In this document: in pieces, positions 1-13,838 of the stretch
How positions within the stretch are numbered: position 1 is the stretch's first letter
Layout of the letters: each line of letters starts with the position of its first letter
DNA from: Camelus ferus
Taxonomy: Eukaryota
Assembly: GCF_009834535.1 (NCBI RefSeq)
Contig: NC_045696.1
Span: 29,390,001 to 29,454,000, forward strand
DNA: 64,000 nucleotides
Reading direction: 5' to 3'
The notes under the pieces: model-generated
Told to the model about the DNA's origin: nothing
The model's database searches: none
Seen by the model: only the letters and a program-made list of their open reading frames with translations
Program-made: the position numbers and the translations under genes

Positions 1-117
1 ACACTTTTTATAAGCAGACTTTTGTGCCTTATTCTGATTACTCCACAATTAGAATCAATGGGTAGGTGTTAATAAAGGCAAATATCTACTCAATAATAAA
101 AATTAAAAAAAAAAAAA
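1..117 (+). mobile_element. 3' end of a retroposed sequence (probably an L1 3'UTR) running off the window start
   Basis: AATAAA at 71-76 and 95-100 followed by a pure A-tract (105-117) and more A-rich sequence; identity of the body not established. Confidence 0.4.
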
Positions 118-404
118 CCCAAAATAAATAAAATAAAATTATAGTACTCCCTAACTGATATAGAAGCACAAATGCCTTAAAAGAAGAGAGTTGTCAGCCG
201 CTAGAAACATTTAGAAGGAGGAACAAATCCATCACCAATATAGAGAAGATTCTTGAATGAAATAAAAGTTAAGATCCTCTGAGATAAACCAGCTCAAAGT
301 AGATCTGCCACAAGAGGTGGGAACAATTTTCAAGAAAAGAAGTCATAATTCTTAGTATATTTTCCATTTGATATTTTGAACTTAATTTGTTAGATTATTG
401 TGTA

Positions 405-642
405 AAAGCAGCAGCCGCGGGCTCTGGAGCGCTACAGGCATGGCTCTGAATGCCGGCTTTGATGCTTGTTAGTGATGTGGAATTGGGTAATTTACTTAAC
501 CTCTTGGAAGCACTTTTGTAATTGGTAAAATGAGACTAATAATACCTATTACCTAGGGTTAATATGAGGACTGAGTAAAATAACCTTTTAATGCTAATAC
601 AATTCTAAACACATTGTTAGGGCGTAATACATAGCTGCTATT
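405..642 (+). mobile_element. MIR SINE
   Basis: MIR core-like segments: ggctctggag..., ttgggtaatttacttaacctct, gtaaaatgagactaataatacct, gttaatatgaggactgagt. Confidence 0.75.
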
Positions 643-1840
643 ATAACACATATGAATCAGTAGAAATAAAACTTTTAAACCGCAACGTCACTGAGAATGT
701 TTTTAAAAGTTGTAAAATGCAATTGTGCCAAAGTTGTGCATAGAAATGATTCTTTTCTAATGTGATTAGACCATTTTTTATCAGCTCAAACATTCATTCC
801 TGCATTTCAATTATGACTTATTGATCTGTGAGTATTTCTTTGTTTATGTCATCCAAATTATTTATCTTGACATCCTCTGAAATCACTTCAAAATGAATCA
901 ATGTGTCTTTCCTATTTGGCAGTCCTACCTTCTTTGAGAAGCTGTAAATTCAGAGATCATTACCTTTGATGGAGGATCTGAAGGAAGTTGAGGGGCATTA
1001 GATGGGCGTAGAAGTGTCCACTGGAAGGAACCTGTTTAGAGTTGACTACAGAAATAAATGTCAGCTATACAGCATGAAGATTCTAAAGAAACACAAGGAG
1101 AAAAGCAGCACCAAGATCCTAAACACTAAATGAAATTAAGAAACCAGGAAAGCCAACAAGAATAACAAGACAAGTCTTGTTGAATAATTGTTTAAGCTGG
1201 AGATTGTGTCCTTTTAAAATACCAGTATTAAATTCAATAGTTTTTATACTTGGATTATGGAATTTTAGCATAGAAAATGGAAGGTAGTGTGAAGTAGTCT
1301 GTTCCACCCCTTTGCCTGTATCAGGAGAGAAGCATCTCTGAAGTTTGATGAGTTTGGGCAGCATACAGACAGTGTCCTCCACAAACCTTTTGCCTTGATC
1401 CTAAATCGTTTCAGGAGTCATTCGCTGAAGAAATTGACTTAATCTTAATTTATAAATGACCATCAGACATCATTTTTTTTTATTTATTAAGACAGTGAAC
1501 AATAAAAGCATTATAACTTTTTTATTGATTTTATTGATCTGTATTGAAAAGGGGAGGAAAATGTAACATTTCCAAATAGCAGATAAGTAGTAGTCTCTGC
1601 CAAAGGGATAAACTCCACTCAACCAGAATATGAAATTCAGATTCATGTCTTTTTTGTATTCTCCAAAATTCATTTTCCTCAGAGCTTAAATCACCAAACA
1701 TTAATAAAGCAGGAACAATTTGCTCTCTTTGACCCTCCATTTTGCTAAATTGCTTCAGTAACCCATTGATAATATTCATTGTCCAATGTACCTCTTTTGT
1801 TCTTCTACTGTATTCTCTGTCTTTTGGTACCTGAAGATTC

Positions 1841-1891
1841 AAAAACAAAACAAAACAAAAAACCAAACCAAACCAAACAAAACAAAAAAAA
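1841..1891 (+). repeat. (AAAAC)n/(AAACC)n simple repeat
   Basis: Direct reading. Confidence 0.9.
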
Positions 1892-4800
1892 GTTCCAGCC
1901 TTTCCCTATCAAAAATGCTTCTGGCTCTGCTCACTAAATTCCTTCCTTTTCCCCCAGTGAGGAGTGTTTTGGAATTCCAAGCAGATCTGTGCATTACTGT
2001 GATGCATTATTATGGAAAAGACTGAAGAAGAGATTACACTAGAGGCTAGAAGTTTGGGGAAGGCATTTTTTTACGAGCTGTAGATGTTAGAGTTTGATAC
2101 TGGGTTCCTTGGAGGTAGATAGAAGAGTAATAGTACAATGAACTTTGTATCTTCTCGTGGAGTTTGAAACATGCCATCAACGTAATTTATTTCAACATTT
2201 ATTTTTAGTGGCTAGTATTTGTTTTTTCTTTGACCAACACAAAGCTAAAGATAGGATGCTTGAATCATGGCTATATTATCTACACAACTACTTTTTACTA
2301 CCAGTTTATTGAATCCTTACAATTACAAATAAAGAGAACCATAAACAAGGCAAAAGAAGCAGCATGTTGGATATTGTTTTCAGTAAATCCTGCCCAGTGC
2401 AGAATCTACTCTCATTTACCTGGCCGTAGTACCCATCTGTGTGGTAATGCTATTATAACACTGGTTGGAAAATAATTGTACTGTACAGGCTGAATCACAT
2501 GAAGTCTATTTAGATCCTTCAGGATTAGGTTTTGAATCAGCATTTATTAGGCATATGTGTTGCAGGCAAAACTGAAAGGTCACAATGGAAAGGATTCAAG
2601 TTAAGTATAAGAAGGCTAAATTGCATCTCAATTCCAACTGAGCTCCAGGAAGCTGCATACCATTTGCTTTGCCTACTGACTGGTCAAATGAATGTCCACA
2701 ATAAATCATAAGGTTGCAAATCCATGAAGTTCTGCCTGCCTGCTGGTTGGTGTATCTGCCTGGAAGGAAAACCCAAGAACTGGGAAATGGAGAACTCTCT
2801 CTTCCGAACCCTTCTAAAGTAGCCTGGGATGAGAGTAATTGTTGCAGCCTGAACTTTCTATCACCTAAAAGTGTAGCAGCAGTAGAAACATGTCATGAGG
2901 ATTATACTCTAAGATCTTCACATATATCATCTCCTTTAACCCTTGCAATGATCAAATGCAATATGAGTGATGTCTTGTATTTTACAGAGAAAGAAACTAT
3001 GACTTTCAGTATAATATACTCCAAATCACTTAGCTTGTTTAAGGCCAGAATTTTAGTCAAGTGTAACAGAGTGTTTTGTTTTTTTTTTACATTACACCAC
3101 ATCCTTTGAGATTTCTTCCCTTTCTTTCATTGTTTTTCCATCTATAAGAATATGCCTTCCTAGACTTTATACTCTTCATTGTTTTTCTAACAAAACTATT
3201 GTAAAAATAAGGGCAGAGCTATCATTATTGAAATATATACCTTGGAATAACTCACTGGAAAAAAGTCTAAAACCTCAGCTGATATAAAACAAATCATCCT
3301 AACAATAAGGTTTTTGTCCTAACTTTAAATAGCCAGATAACTGAAAACCTAATGTTTTCCCCAAGATTGCAATACCATTAATGAAGATCCTAAACAGATG
3401 CAAGTTTTCTAAGTGGCTTTGAAGCCATTAAGGAAATACTAAAATATCTTTAATAGGTATCAGTGTTATGTATATTTTATTGCATTATAATACCAGGAAC
3501 AATTTTCAGTTTATTTATGGTACATATTATTATTCTCAGCCAATTCCCTGAATGTGACTTATAAATGAAAGTTTAATAGAATTGTCTTTATTCAAACCTA
3601 CAGGGTCACCGGGTTTCTCCACTGCTTTTCTGCACTAAAATATTCTCTTTTAAACTCCTAGAGATTATAGTACACAGTGAGGAGAGAAATGTTCTTATAC
3701 CAGGGTTGCAGAGTTTCCAAATATAAATTGAAGTAGAATCTGCATAAATATTTAAATATTCCTTGGCTTATTATTGTCATTGTGTTCATAGTATGAGATT
3801 CATCTGTGAAAGGAATAAAAGGCTGAATTTAAATTCTTTACCAAGATAATTACCCATTGCATCTAATTTTGAGGGTAAATTATTAAAGAAACTGGGGTCA
3901 TCTACTTGTAGAGGACAGACGTTAGCTAAAATCAAGGTGTGACACTTCCTGTCATATCTGAAGACTAGCATCACTCCCTCACGGTCTTTGTGCTTGCTTT
4001 CTTGCTGCATTAACCAAAGAGATGCCACGGTGCCTATTGAGAACTGATGTCTATTTGCATGTAGACTCTTACTGTGAAAAGTCGTGTGGTCATGATTCTG
4101 AAATAATCCCTGGTGGGTGAATGTGGATCTACCAGTATTCTCTGGTGATGTTTTTAAGAGGTTCTGAATGGGTTTGAACTCAGGCTTTTAAAGAATTTCG
4201 AATCTGTATCTACTCCTGGATGCTGCCTGCCATCTCCAATTTCTGTACTTTAAAGGACTAATCTCCTCTTAAGGAAGGGCAGTAACTCACCAAAAAGGAA
4301 ACAGTGTGCTTGTAATGACAAATGAACATGACTCTTCTCTTCTATTTGATAGAAGGACACTTGTTCTGTCTAAATTGTATATTGTTTTGTAAACAGACTC
4401 TCCAGCCCTCTAGCTAGAGGAATCAGTGCCCTGTGCAGATGGTGCCAGACCTTTATTCAGAAATACACACACTTGATTTATATAAAAGTTTTGATATTTA
4501 ACCTTCTGCCTAAACCTTAAATCAGGACCCTAGGGCAAGGACAAATGTCTTCATCTTTTTAAATTTAAAAATTTGTTTCAAACTATAGAAGAGAAATTAA
4601 AGTCCCAGAATGATATGAGTCTGTGAGCGTAAAAATAGCCCTCTAGCATAGTACGCATTTATAATGAGAGTCATAATCTAAGGATCAGTCTTTCAAAATG
4701 AGAATGAGAATCGAAAAGAATTAGAGGAAAAAAAGTTGTGTCTGTGGAAAGACATACATAAAGCCCTATGAATACAGAAACCAAGCCAACCCAATTAAAA

Positions 4801-7149
4801 CTCAAGCTTATTTAAATACATCTCTATACCCTGTTCTCCAACATACATACAAATATACACATAAAAAATATAATGTAACCTAAAATTATGCTATTTAGAA
4901 TTTTTTTAAAAGTAATTACAGGACTTAGCTCATATAGCAGCTAGGGAAATTATCACAGGCTGTAGCTACTGCCACCATAAGAATTGGTTTCAATTCAGCC
5001 TTTAATGAGATCAGCTATTTCTGTTCATTTCCATGGGTACCTACTTCTGTAATGAAAAGGATTAATTTGAAGTTCCTAGAAATGCATCACCTAGCTCATG
5101 TTGAAGGGTAGCTAGTCTGTGGGCCATAAATGTAAATTCTTCAAGTAGTAGGTTGACTATTTCATTAAAACTGATGATGTTTTAGTGTTTCATATGCAGG
5201 GCCATGCGAAGGTTGTGTAAAGCAGGGTTTTAATACAGAATGTATTTGAGGAGAAAAAGCTGTCATGGAAAGGTGACGCTTAGTTACTCAGAGATGCACG
5301 TGTGGGGGTTGTGGGCTTCCTTTGTCAAGCGAGCGTAAAATAATCTCTAAATCTCAGGCGTCTCTTATGGAACACAGGCCTGCCACGTCAAACATAGCCA
5401 ATACAAAGGCAGGGGAGGACCTCTCTGGTATGGCTATCCCTCAGATGTCAATGACATTAATTTATTTCAGTTGCCGGTAAGTAAAATAATAATGATTGGA
5501 GGTGGGGAGAAGATAGTGCTCATAGTGTAGTTACTCGGCCTCCTGTGGGTTAGTGCCTAATTGCAAGTGACTATTTGCCAGGGGTCCCTTTCCAACAGTG
5601 TGACCGATGCCTGTCAGACAGGCAATGCTGGCAATGGCAGGGGACTGTCTCACTCAATGTGAGGGGAGCTGGAAAACCAGCATCAGGTCCATGAAGCACA
5701 AATTCATTACATTCCCAGAGAAGCCTGCATGGACTCAGACCTTTCGTGTTATGCAGGTTAGATACATGTAATAACTAAGCAAGTAATTTAGCCCCAACTT
5801 GATTAATTCACTGAGGAGAGAAAAATAGCCATGGTGGTTTCATATAAAATCAGGGGCAATTGGTATCCAGGACTTTTCAATGAGAGTGTTACAGATATGT
5901 TTTCCGGATTCCATTTTCTGGAAAAGAAGAGCTGACTAGGATTTTGAGACTTAACCATTAAAAACATTTAAAACATCAAGAATCATTTGTAAAATAGTGA
6001 TCACTCACCTACTGTTTTTTTAAAGTGGAAATTTTATAGAAAATGATAAAATGTTTATTTCTTTCAAAATTCTTTCAAGAAGCTACTCTGAGTCTTAACA
6101 TAGTGTTCATCGCTTTTCCAAGTGAATACAATAACATAGAATGATTCTTGGCCCTGCCACAGATATCCCATTTTGGGACCAGTATTCTCTGTGACATCTC
6201 TAAACCAATGACAAGACAAGATCACCAATAATGGTGTCCTGGGCAGCAATCAGCCATCACATACGGAGCCCATCCTGGGTATTGGCCTCCCCTGCACGAG
6301 ACAGGTGAGGAAGGGAACTTGAGAGTGGTGTATGAATCCTTCTGTTGTTCCTAACAGACACAGCATGTTTATCTTCCTAAATATTTGTAAGACTCCTGTC
6401 ACTTAGATATATAATGCTCCAAGAAGACAAAAGGAAGAAGGAAAAAAGGAAGTTAAAAAATGCATCTTTCAAACCATTGTGCTAAGGAGTGTCAGGGCAG
6501 GGGTGAGTGCCAAGTTTGAATAGCTCTTCAGTGGATGTGTCTATGTAAAATGAAAACCACAAATTAATTCACTGAGAAGAAGTGAAAGAAAAAGAATTTC
6601 AACTTTGTTATTTCCATAATACAGCCCAAACTACTGGTTGACTTTTTCACTCTCAAGTTTTGACTGGTTGCTTATTAGTGTTAACGGTAATCAAAGCTGC
6701 AATTGATAGAGTATCATATGGAAAGGAAAAGCATTCATCTTTTTTCTCAGCTTCATTGAGGTATAATTGGCAAATATCATCTTCTCTTAGATATCCAAAC
6801 GAGTACGGATCTCAACGTCTAAAAGAAAACATTTATTGTACCTGCTGCTAAGCACGGCCGCTTTAACTATCAACGGTGAAGATTTAGGATGTTAGAGCTT
6901 GAAGGCTCTGTTAAATTCATCAAATCCAATTCTGTCATTCCGAAGACTAGAACGAGTTGAGAGAATGGCACTACTCAAATAAAAGTTCTAAAATAATTGC
7001 AATTTTTGCTTATGACATAAAAGGAATAAAGTAAACACACTTTTCTCAGTTGATGACTGTGTACACGAGCAATAATCCACTCAGCATTCACGTCCCCTTA
7101 AGTGCCTGCTTTGTTTATCATATGGTTGAGGGCAATACATATAATGAGA

Positions 7150-7352
7150 AAAGCTGGGTTTTGATGTTAGACCTAGTTCCCAAATATAGTGCCTCTACCT
7201 TCTAGGACTATAAACAGACAATTACTTTATCACTCTGATCCTCACTTCCGCCCACAAAATGGGATGAATAATTCACTAAGTGGCTCTAAAGATCAAGTGA
7301 AGTAACATGTGTGAAGTGGCTAGCACTTTGCAAGCGCTCAATAAATATTAAG
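7150..7352 (+). mobile_element. MIR SINE
   Basis: ctctgatcctcacttcc...aaaatgggatgaataat...aagatcaagtgaagtaacatgtgtgaa...gcgctcaataaatatta. Confidence 0.65.
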
Positions 7353-7794
7353 TGTCATATTCTTATTTCTATAGGCATAGGATATTTCAATGAATGAATC
7401 AGTAAAAACCAACTTTCCCTTAATTTAGACTATGGAGCATGTGTTAGCTACAGCTTGAAAAAAGTGGAGCAGAAGATTAAAAGAAACTGAAGATCCAGAT
7501 AACTATTATTCACTATAATTGAATTTCCATTTGTGATTAAACTTCAGCTTCTTCATAACTAAAAAGATAGGAGAACAGTAGGTCATCACATTTGTTGTGG
7601 ATATCTCCACATGTAAAAAGACTTGATTATTTCTGACTACAAGGCACCAGAGTACTCACACTGAACTTCACAATTAAGATCCCAGTATCGGCTCCTGATT
7701 TCATATGTGAAAATCATAGCAGGAAAAGACTGTGCAATTTGAAATTCAGTGTATAGACTGCATTTTCGTTTTCCTAAATAGCTCATTTTCTCAT

Positions 7795-7905
7795 ACCATT
7801 AGTCATGGATTTAGCAAACATATTTTGAATGCCTACTATGTGCCAAACACAATGCTTCTGCTAGTAGAAAATATTAGTTAATAAGACAAGGTAGAGCTTA
7901 CAATT
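7795..7905 (-). mobile_element. L2 LINE 3' end fragment
   Basis: Reverse complement of the L2 tail: atttagcaaacatattttgaatgcctactatgtgccaaacac...aataagacaag. Confidence 0.7.
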
Positions 7906-8344
7906 GACACATACACTCAACACACAGATTTGCAATCAATTGAAAAACAAATATTGAACAATAGAGTCAGCCATACGTCCAAGAGTTCAGTGGGATTTTG
8001 ACAAGTACAGATGAAGAAGAAGGGATTGTGGGCAGAAAGAGTAGCACAAAATAATGTCCAGAGGATGGAAATGTGAGGTCTGATTTGTCCTCTCTGCCCT
8101 TTGTCAAAATCTTACTCTTTCTTCAAAGTTTAATACAAATTTTAAACTGACTGCTCATTTCCACCCCCATCTTCTTAATTGTTCTTTTTCTATTCATTTT
8201 GCATTAGTAAGTTAAGACACTCTAGATCAGGAACATCTAGAATCAGGAACAGTTAGTTCTCCAGGATCTTATGTGGTATCTGGAACATAATAGAAGCTAA
8301 AAATGTTCATTCTAGAATATGGAGAATGAGGGAAAATGAGAAGC

Positions 8345-9137
8345 TGTGGTATTGTGATTTATAATAAGAATTAAATACTTGGACTTTGTCCCCATTTCTG
8401 GCACAGAGCTCCTAGAACTCCTGGAATATCCTAAGTGATGAGAGTAGAAAATATATCTTTTGTTATGTTAATGAGGTGATTTTTGGACCCTCATGTAGGA
8501 TGGGGGCAGACTGACAGGAGAACCAACCATGTCCAACTAGAGGCTTGGAATTTTCAGTCTTCTGCCTCCCCTGACCTCTGGAAAGGGGAGAACTCCTGGA
8601 GATTGAGTTCAAGCACCAATGGCCAGTGATGTGATCAATCATGCCTACTCAATGAAGCCTCCAAAAATCCAAAAGAAGAGTCAGAGAGCTTCTGCGTTGG
8701 TGAACACATGGAAACCAGGGAGAGTGGCACACTCAGAGAGTATAGAAGCTTCATGCCCTTTCCCCACATGTTGCCCTATGCCTCTCTTCCATTTGGCTAT
8801 TCCTGAGTTACATATTTTCATAATAAACTGGTAATCCAGTAATTAAAATGCTTCTCTGAGTTCTGTGAGCTGCTCAGGCAAATCAATATAACCCAATGAG
8901 GAGGTCATGGGAACCTCCAATCAACAATCAGAGAGTTAGAAGCCCCTAGGCTTTCTACCAGCATCTGAAGAGGGGGAAGTGTGTGGGGAGTGCAGTTTTG
9001 AGAGACTGAACTCTCAACCTGTGGCATATTATGCTACCTCTGGGTAGATAGTCTCAGAACTGAGTTAAAGTGCAGGACACTCAGCTGACGTCTGGAGAAT
9101 TAGTCATGCTGTGTGGGAACCCTCCCCCCCCCATCCA

Positions 9138-9177
<40 letters not shown>

Positions 9178-9200
9178 GACTTAGTTCTAGAACCTATTTA
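8345..9200 (+). mobile_element. MER21-like solo LTR (ERVL class)
   Basis: Begins TG; MER21-typical blocks (caatggccagtgat..tcaatcatgcctac, gagagcttc..gttggtgaacacat, ccctatgcctctcttccatttggct, aataaactggtaa, ctctgagttctgtgagc); perfect 5-bp TSD GAAGC at 8340-8344 and 9201-9205. Confidence 0.85.
9137..9173 (+). repeat. (CA)n microsatellite inside the MER21 3' end
   Basis: Direct reading. Confidence 0.95.
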
Positions 9201-10494
9201 GAAGCCAAGACGATCTCTAGAATTTAAGTTTAAATGATTGGGTAGAAAGATCACAGAAACATGGAGCCCCTGAATAAGGAGGTGGTTTAAGTTGTTTGAG
9301 AAGGGAATAAATATGGTGATTTTAGTTTTGATGACAACTGAATAGCCAAGTGAAAGTTCTGGCCAATGTTTGCATATATAGGACCAGAATTAATTAGACA
9401 AAGAATTGAGAGTTGTCCACATAGTGGTAACTGTGTATAAAAAAAAGATAAGAAGTCCTAATTAAGAAAGTCCAAAGAACAACGATCTGCGGGACAGAAA
9501 GAACATGAGAATACAGAAAATTGAGAAAAATTAGAAAGAGAACTAGGAGAGCTTATTGTCAGAGGATTCCCTGGAGAACAAAATAATCAAAAGGAAAGGT
9601 GGGAGACCGAGAAAAACTGAGAAAGAGCTACTGGAGAAATGATTTGGAGGCAGAATGGAAGTCATTTTATCAGAAGGAATTTTTCTTCCCAGTACAGGAT
9701 ACACTTACATCTAAGAACGTCATATCACAGAACAGTCTATAAAAAGTAATATGATATAGCCATAGTTTTATGAGAGGTGAAAAGAAAGTGTTTATTCAAA
9801 GCAATTTCAATATATTACTGTGATTTGCACATAGTGATATTATTTTAGCAGTGCATTAGATGAAGATTTTGTACCTAGGACTTTATAATATGAATTTTTT
9901 TCAAGCCTACCATTATTAACATTTCTAAGAGTTAGAAGATTTACATGAACTATCACAATTAAACTACAGTGGGAAATCAGTCTTGATACAGGCATAAGAA
10001 GCCCTCATGCTATTTTGGAATCAGTAGTTACTATTTTTATGAGGGAAAATGGATGTACTTAGAAAATGCAGTAGGAGGGGAACCAGGCTACCCAGAGGTA
10101 ATTTAGCCTGCAGGTAGCCTGAATGTTTTGCATTTTAGAAACTGTGTATGGGTTGCAAGGGTAGGAGTGTAAAAAGTGAATACATGAAAACAGGTGACCA
10201 GCTACCCTGGGAATCTGCTTGATTCAGTTTGTAATTATTTCACTTCTGTTGAGAGTAGAAGTCAAATTGCAAATTGTAGGATCTTGTTAGCTGAGCTAGT
10301 TTAAGATGGACAATAAATTCATACTGAAGGTGGACTTTCTTTCTATATTATTATGTAAATAAGCAAAACATTTCCCATAGTAATATGAAGGTGAGCACAT
10401 TTTTATGGTGGAATTAATTTAGTAATCGAGACTCATGTTTTGTGAAACCATGAAGAAGTCAGCATATTATCCTTTTCCCCATTGGAGTAGATAG

Positions 10495-10626
10495 TCATTC
10501 AACCATCCACTCATTTATCCGTTCAAATATTGATTGAATGCTTATAATAGTCAGGCACTGTGGTAGTCACTGGTCATATAATCGTGAATAAGAGCCATCC
10601 CTTACTCTTAAGAGCTAAAAACCTGG
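10495..10626 (-). mobile_element. L2 LINE 3' end fragment
   Basis: tcattcaaccatccactcatttatcc..ttcaaatattgattgaatgctta..gtcaggcactgtg..gtgaataagagcca. Confidence 0.75.
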
Positions 10627-10899
10627 AACGGCTTTCTTTAGATACTTCAAAATTTCGTAAAAAAAATTAAGAGAGCAACTTTAAAAATACAATATATATG
10701 CCATACAACTACCACTTAAATATCTCACCATATTAAGCAGCATTCCTTATTTGCGCTATGAAATATTATAGCCAATGTCCATAGCATGCTGGATGCTCAA
10801 AAATAGGATCTCTCTTATATGCACTAATACCTTTCCTTCCACTGGTAGAAGGTTTCTATGTTTTTGTTTTTGTGTTTATCAAGAGTACAATCTGGATTT

Positions 10900-11480
10900 G
10901 CTCCCAAACACTTTATAAAAGTTATGCTTAAGATTATAATTATGTAATTCAACTAACTATTGCTTAGGTTGATTAAATGTGGTTGTGAAAGTCTGTCTTT
11001 GATGCTGCTTCTGTGAAAACTAAGTTGAATGCTTTGTTAAGAGTCAGTAAAAATAGGTTACCCATAGGGCTGAATTAGTTTAGGAGACACAACTTGAAAC
11101 CATTGTTTAAAGAATAAGAAAAATTTTAAATGTCTTAAACGTCTCTGCTTAGGTTAGATTACTTCGTAATGGTCTTTTAAGTTCTTGCCTACTTAAAAAA
11201 GGAAACAAAACCGGTTTTCATACAAGATTCACTATGTGTATGATTTATTCTGGGAAGATGAACTCCAATTGCTGGGCCCACCCTTAAAAAAAAAAAAGCA
11301 AAAAATAGCTTTGGTCTTATATTTAAAAACATAGTTAACAAACATGTAGGTTCAGGTTAATAGAAAACCTTTAATGCATGCATATAACAGATCATCTGTG
11401 ATTCCTCACTGCAACCAACTTTTTCAGTCAACTGACCTGCTACCAACCTCACCTGCATGAGCTGGAAGGCTCTTTGCCGT
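10900..11480 (+). mobile_element. Tigger15-like (TcMar-Tigger/pogo) DNA transposon fossil with degenerate transposase N-terminus
   Basis: gcttctgtgaaaactaagttgaatgctttg translates ASVKTKLNAL; downstream gctgaatta..gagacacaact and actccaattgctgggcccaccctta (TPIAGPTL, cf. pogo TPISGPILKEKA); 3' end caaccaactttttcagtcaactgacc resembles Tigger15a; 5' boundary uncertain. Confidence 0.7.
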
Positions 11481-12539
11481 GCTAGCTGCAGACTGTGTAT
11501 CTCAAAGACACAGGGATGTAGCTTAAAGATGTTGCCTACTAACTGCTTATATAGATAGATATCATTTTGTTACTTTGAAACAGAGCAGATGTTTTTGCTT
11601 CTCATTTTAAAAAAGGAAATGAGAGGTCATGATTCAAATTACAAAAAAGACTACCCACGAGGACCAAACCTAACTTCTCACATGCACATTCGTCAACTAC
11701 CCTACAGAAACTAATACATTTACCTTGTCACATAATATCACTCAACTTCTGGGAAATCACCAAATGTGTTATTTAAACTCAGTCTGTGCTTAGGGGAATA
11801 ATTTATTTAAAAGGACAGTTTTTTATTGAGAAAAATAAGAAGTTAGAACTTCATAGCCCTAAGGTCCTATTCTGTGCTTACTTCTTAGAGGCACAACACT
11901 TCTCCCAGTTGATGAATAAAAAGTCCACATAAGGGAGCTATGAGTTGGGTAGCATGTCTCTGGAAAAGAATGAGATATGATAGTTTGAAAATTGAGTTTT
12001 CTATTGAAAATGTTGAGTTATTTAATTCTCAGTGATTCAGGGTACTGACAAATATTTTTACTTGGAATGCACATCCTTGAATATTATGTTGTGAAAATGT
12101 CCAGAAAAAATGGGACTTGAACAAAGCCATTTTTCTTCCATTATATACTAACAGAACAAAGAAGAACAAATGTGTTTATATACTCTGTACTTTATTAAAC
12201 CACAATGACTTCAGTCATTATCTGTGGGATTTTTAGGAGAAACTTTCTTACTTTACTCACATACAGGCTATTTAATGGTCCTATTTAGTCCACATTCATT
12301 AGCAGACTTACTAATTTAGTGGCTTACAGCATAAAAACTAAAATAACAGATTAAACTATTTGAAAAAAAAACAAGAAGAAAAATCCTCACAAGGTTTTCT
12401 CTTGTGAATCTCTCTGGAACAGCTAGACACCCTACTGTACTCAGTCTTTAGAAAAAGATACGTAATTCGAATGATGACTTCTGTATACCATTTTCACTTT
12501 CTTGTTTTATCCCAGTTACTAACTTTAATAAAATTGCCA

Positions 12540-12880
12540 CCTTGTTTAGCTGTCTCCTCCATTTTGGCCTTAAATCCAGTTGTTCATCGAGTTTCGTGGA
12601 TTATTCCTTTTTCCTCTCCTTCACAATCTCAAAGTCACCCACCAAGTCAAGGACCTCCTTAGCTGACACCTGGACAAGAGTGTGCTAAGGATTCACTTCA
12701 ACTCCTGTTTCCTTTTGCTGTCCACACTGCACAGTACTTTCAGATGACTCTTCTTCAAATACGATTTTTATCCCTTTATTCTTCTGCTTAAGAATAAATA
12801 AAGCAATCTATTGACAGCATCATTTATCTAAATGCCTCTTCTTGTTATTCCAAGTCTTCCATAATCTCTTCCCACTCAAG
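12540..12880 (+). mobile_element. L2 LINE fragment
   Basis: Pyrimidine-rich L2-like blocks (tcttcttcaaatacga.., cttctgcttaaga.., ttattccaagtcttccataatct). Confidence 0.5.
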
Positions 12881-12970
12881 CCGATATTTAGTCTCTTCTA
12901 ATCTATTTTAATTAGCTAGAGGTTTGAATATATAAGGCCTTAACATCAGCATGAATCCCATAGCTTAAAT

Positions 12971-13272
12971 CAAGGGTCTGTAAATTACGGCCCATGGACC
13001 AAATCTGGGCTAATTACCTTGTTTTCATACAACATGGTCTAAACATGGTTTCTGCATTTTTAAACAGTTGGAAAAAAATCAAAAGAGGAATATTTTATAT
13101 ATAAAAATTCAAATTTTAGTGTCTATAGTTAAAGTTTTATTGGAACAGAGACATGTTCCTTTGTCTATTATGTATTGTCTGGTTTCACACTGCAAAGCAG
13201 AGTTGAATACTTACAACAGAAACCGTATGTCCACAAAATCTAAAATATTTACTATCTGGCTCTTTACAGAAA

Positions 13273-13273
<1 letters not shown>
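12971..13273. mobile_element. MER58 (hAT-Charlie) DNA transposon, one end replaced by or adjacent to (CA)n
   Basis: caagggtctgtaaattacggcccatggaccaaatctgg...aaagttttattggaacag...gcagagttgaatacttacaacagaaaccgtatg...aaaatatttactatctggctctttacagaaaa. Confidence 0.85.

Positions 13274-13274
<1 letters not shown>

Positions 13275-13321
<47 letters not shown>
13275..13321 (+). repeat. (CA)n microsatellite (~23 units)
   Basis: Direct reading. Confidence 0.97.
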
Positions 13322-13324
<3 letters not shown>

Positions 13325-13669
13325 TTATTCAAAACGATATATTCTAGCCATGTTATTTCTACTTCATGAGCAATTTTAAACATGAATCTCTTTTCAGTAA
13401 TCCTCGGAAAAATACTTTCATCAAAATGCTACTTGGGCTTTAGTGAAAAATAACAGCAGGAGAAAAGGGGAAGGGAAGAGGCAACCGAAATTCAGAGCAA
13501 GAGGAGAATTTAGTGAAGGAAAAAGTAAGTAAGGAGGGCAACAGGGAATAGTTTGCACAGACAGAGAGGGAGAAAAACAGACTCTGAATTGTTAAGGGAA
13601 AGTCAGAGCACTATTCCCACGTCTAGCCAACACCGGCCAGGCTGCCCTTTCTCTCTATTAGCTCTTACT

Positions 13670-13838
13670 TACAAGATTTAATTATTTATCTCTGTTAAGC
13701 CTCATAACAACCCTAACTAAGGCAATGATATTATCCTAAGTTACAGTCGAGGGGTGTAAGACCTAAAGATGTTGACAAGTATCAGACCTGTAATTGTAAC
13801 TCAGGTATGACACTAATGCCCATTTTTACCACCACACG
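13670..13838 (-). mobile_element. MIR SINE
   Basis: ttaagcctcataacaaccct...attatcc..ttacag..gagg...gtaactcaggt...taccaccacac. Confidence 0.6.

Noticed and set aside
4353..4366. AGGACA-CT-TGTTCT as a steroid response element
   Set aside because: Spacer is 2 nt, not the required 3
8221..8251. Tandem duplication tctag(a)atcaggaaca x2
   Set aside because: Ordinary local slippage duplication
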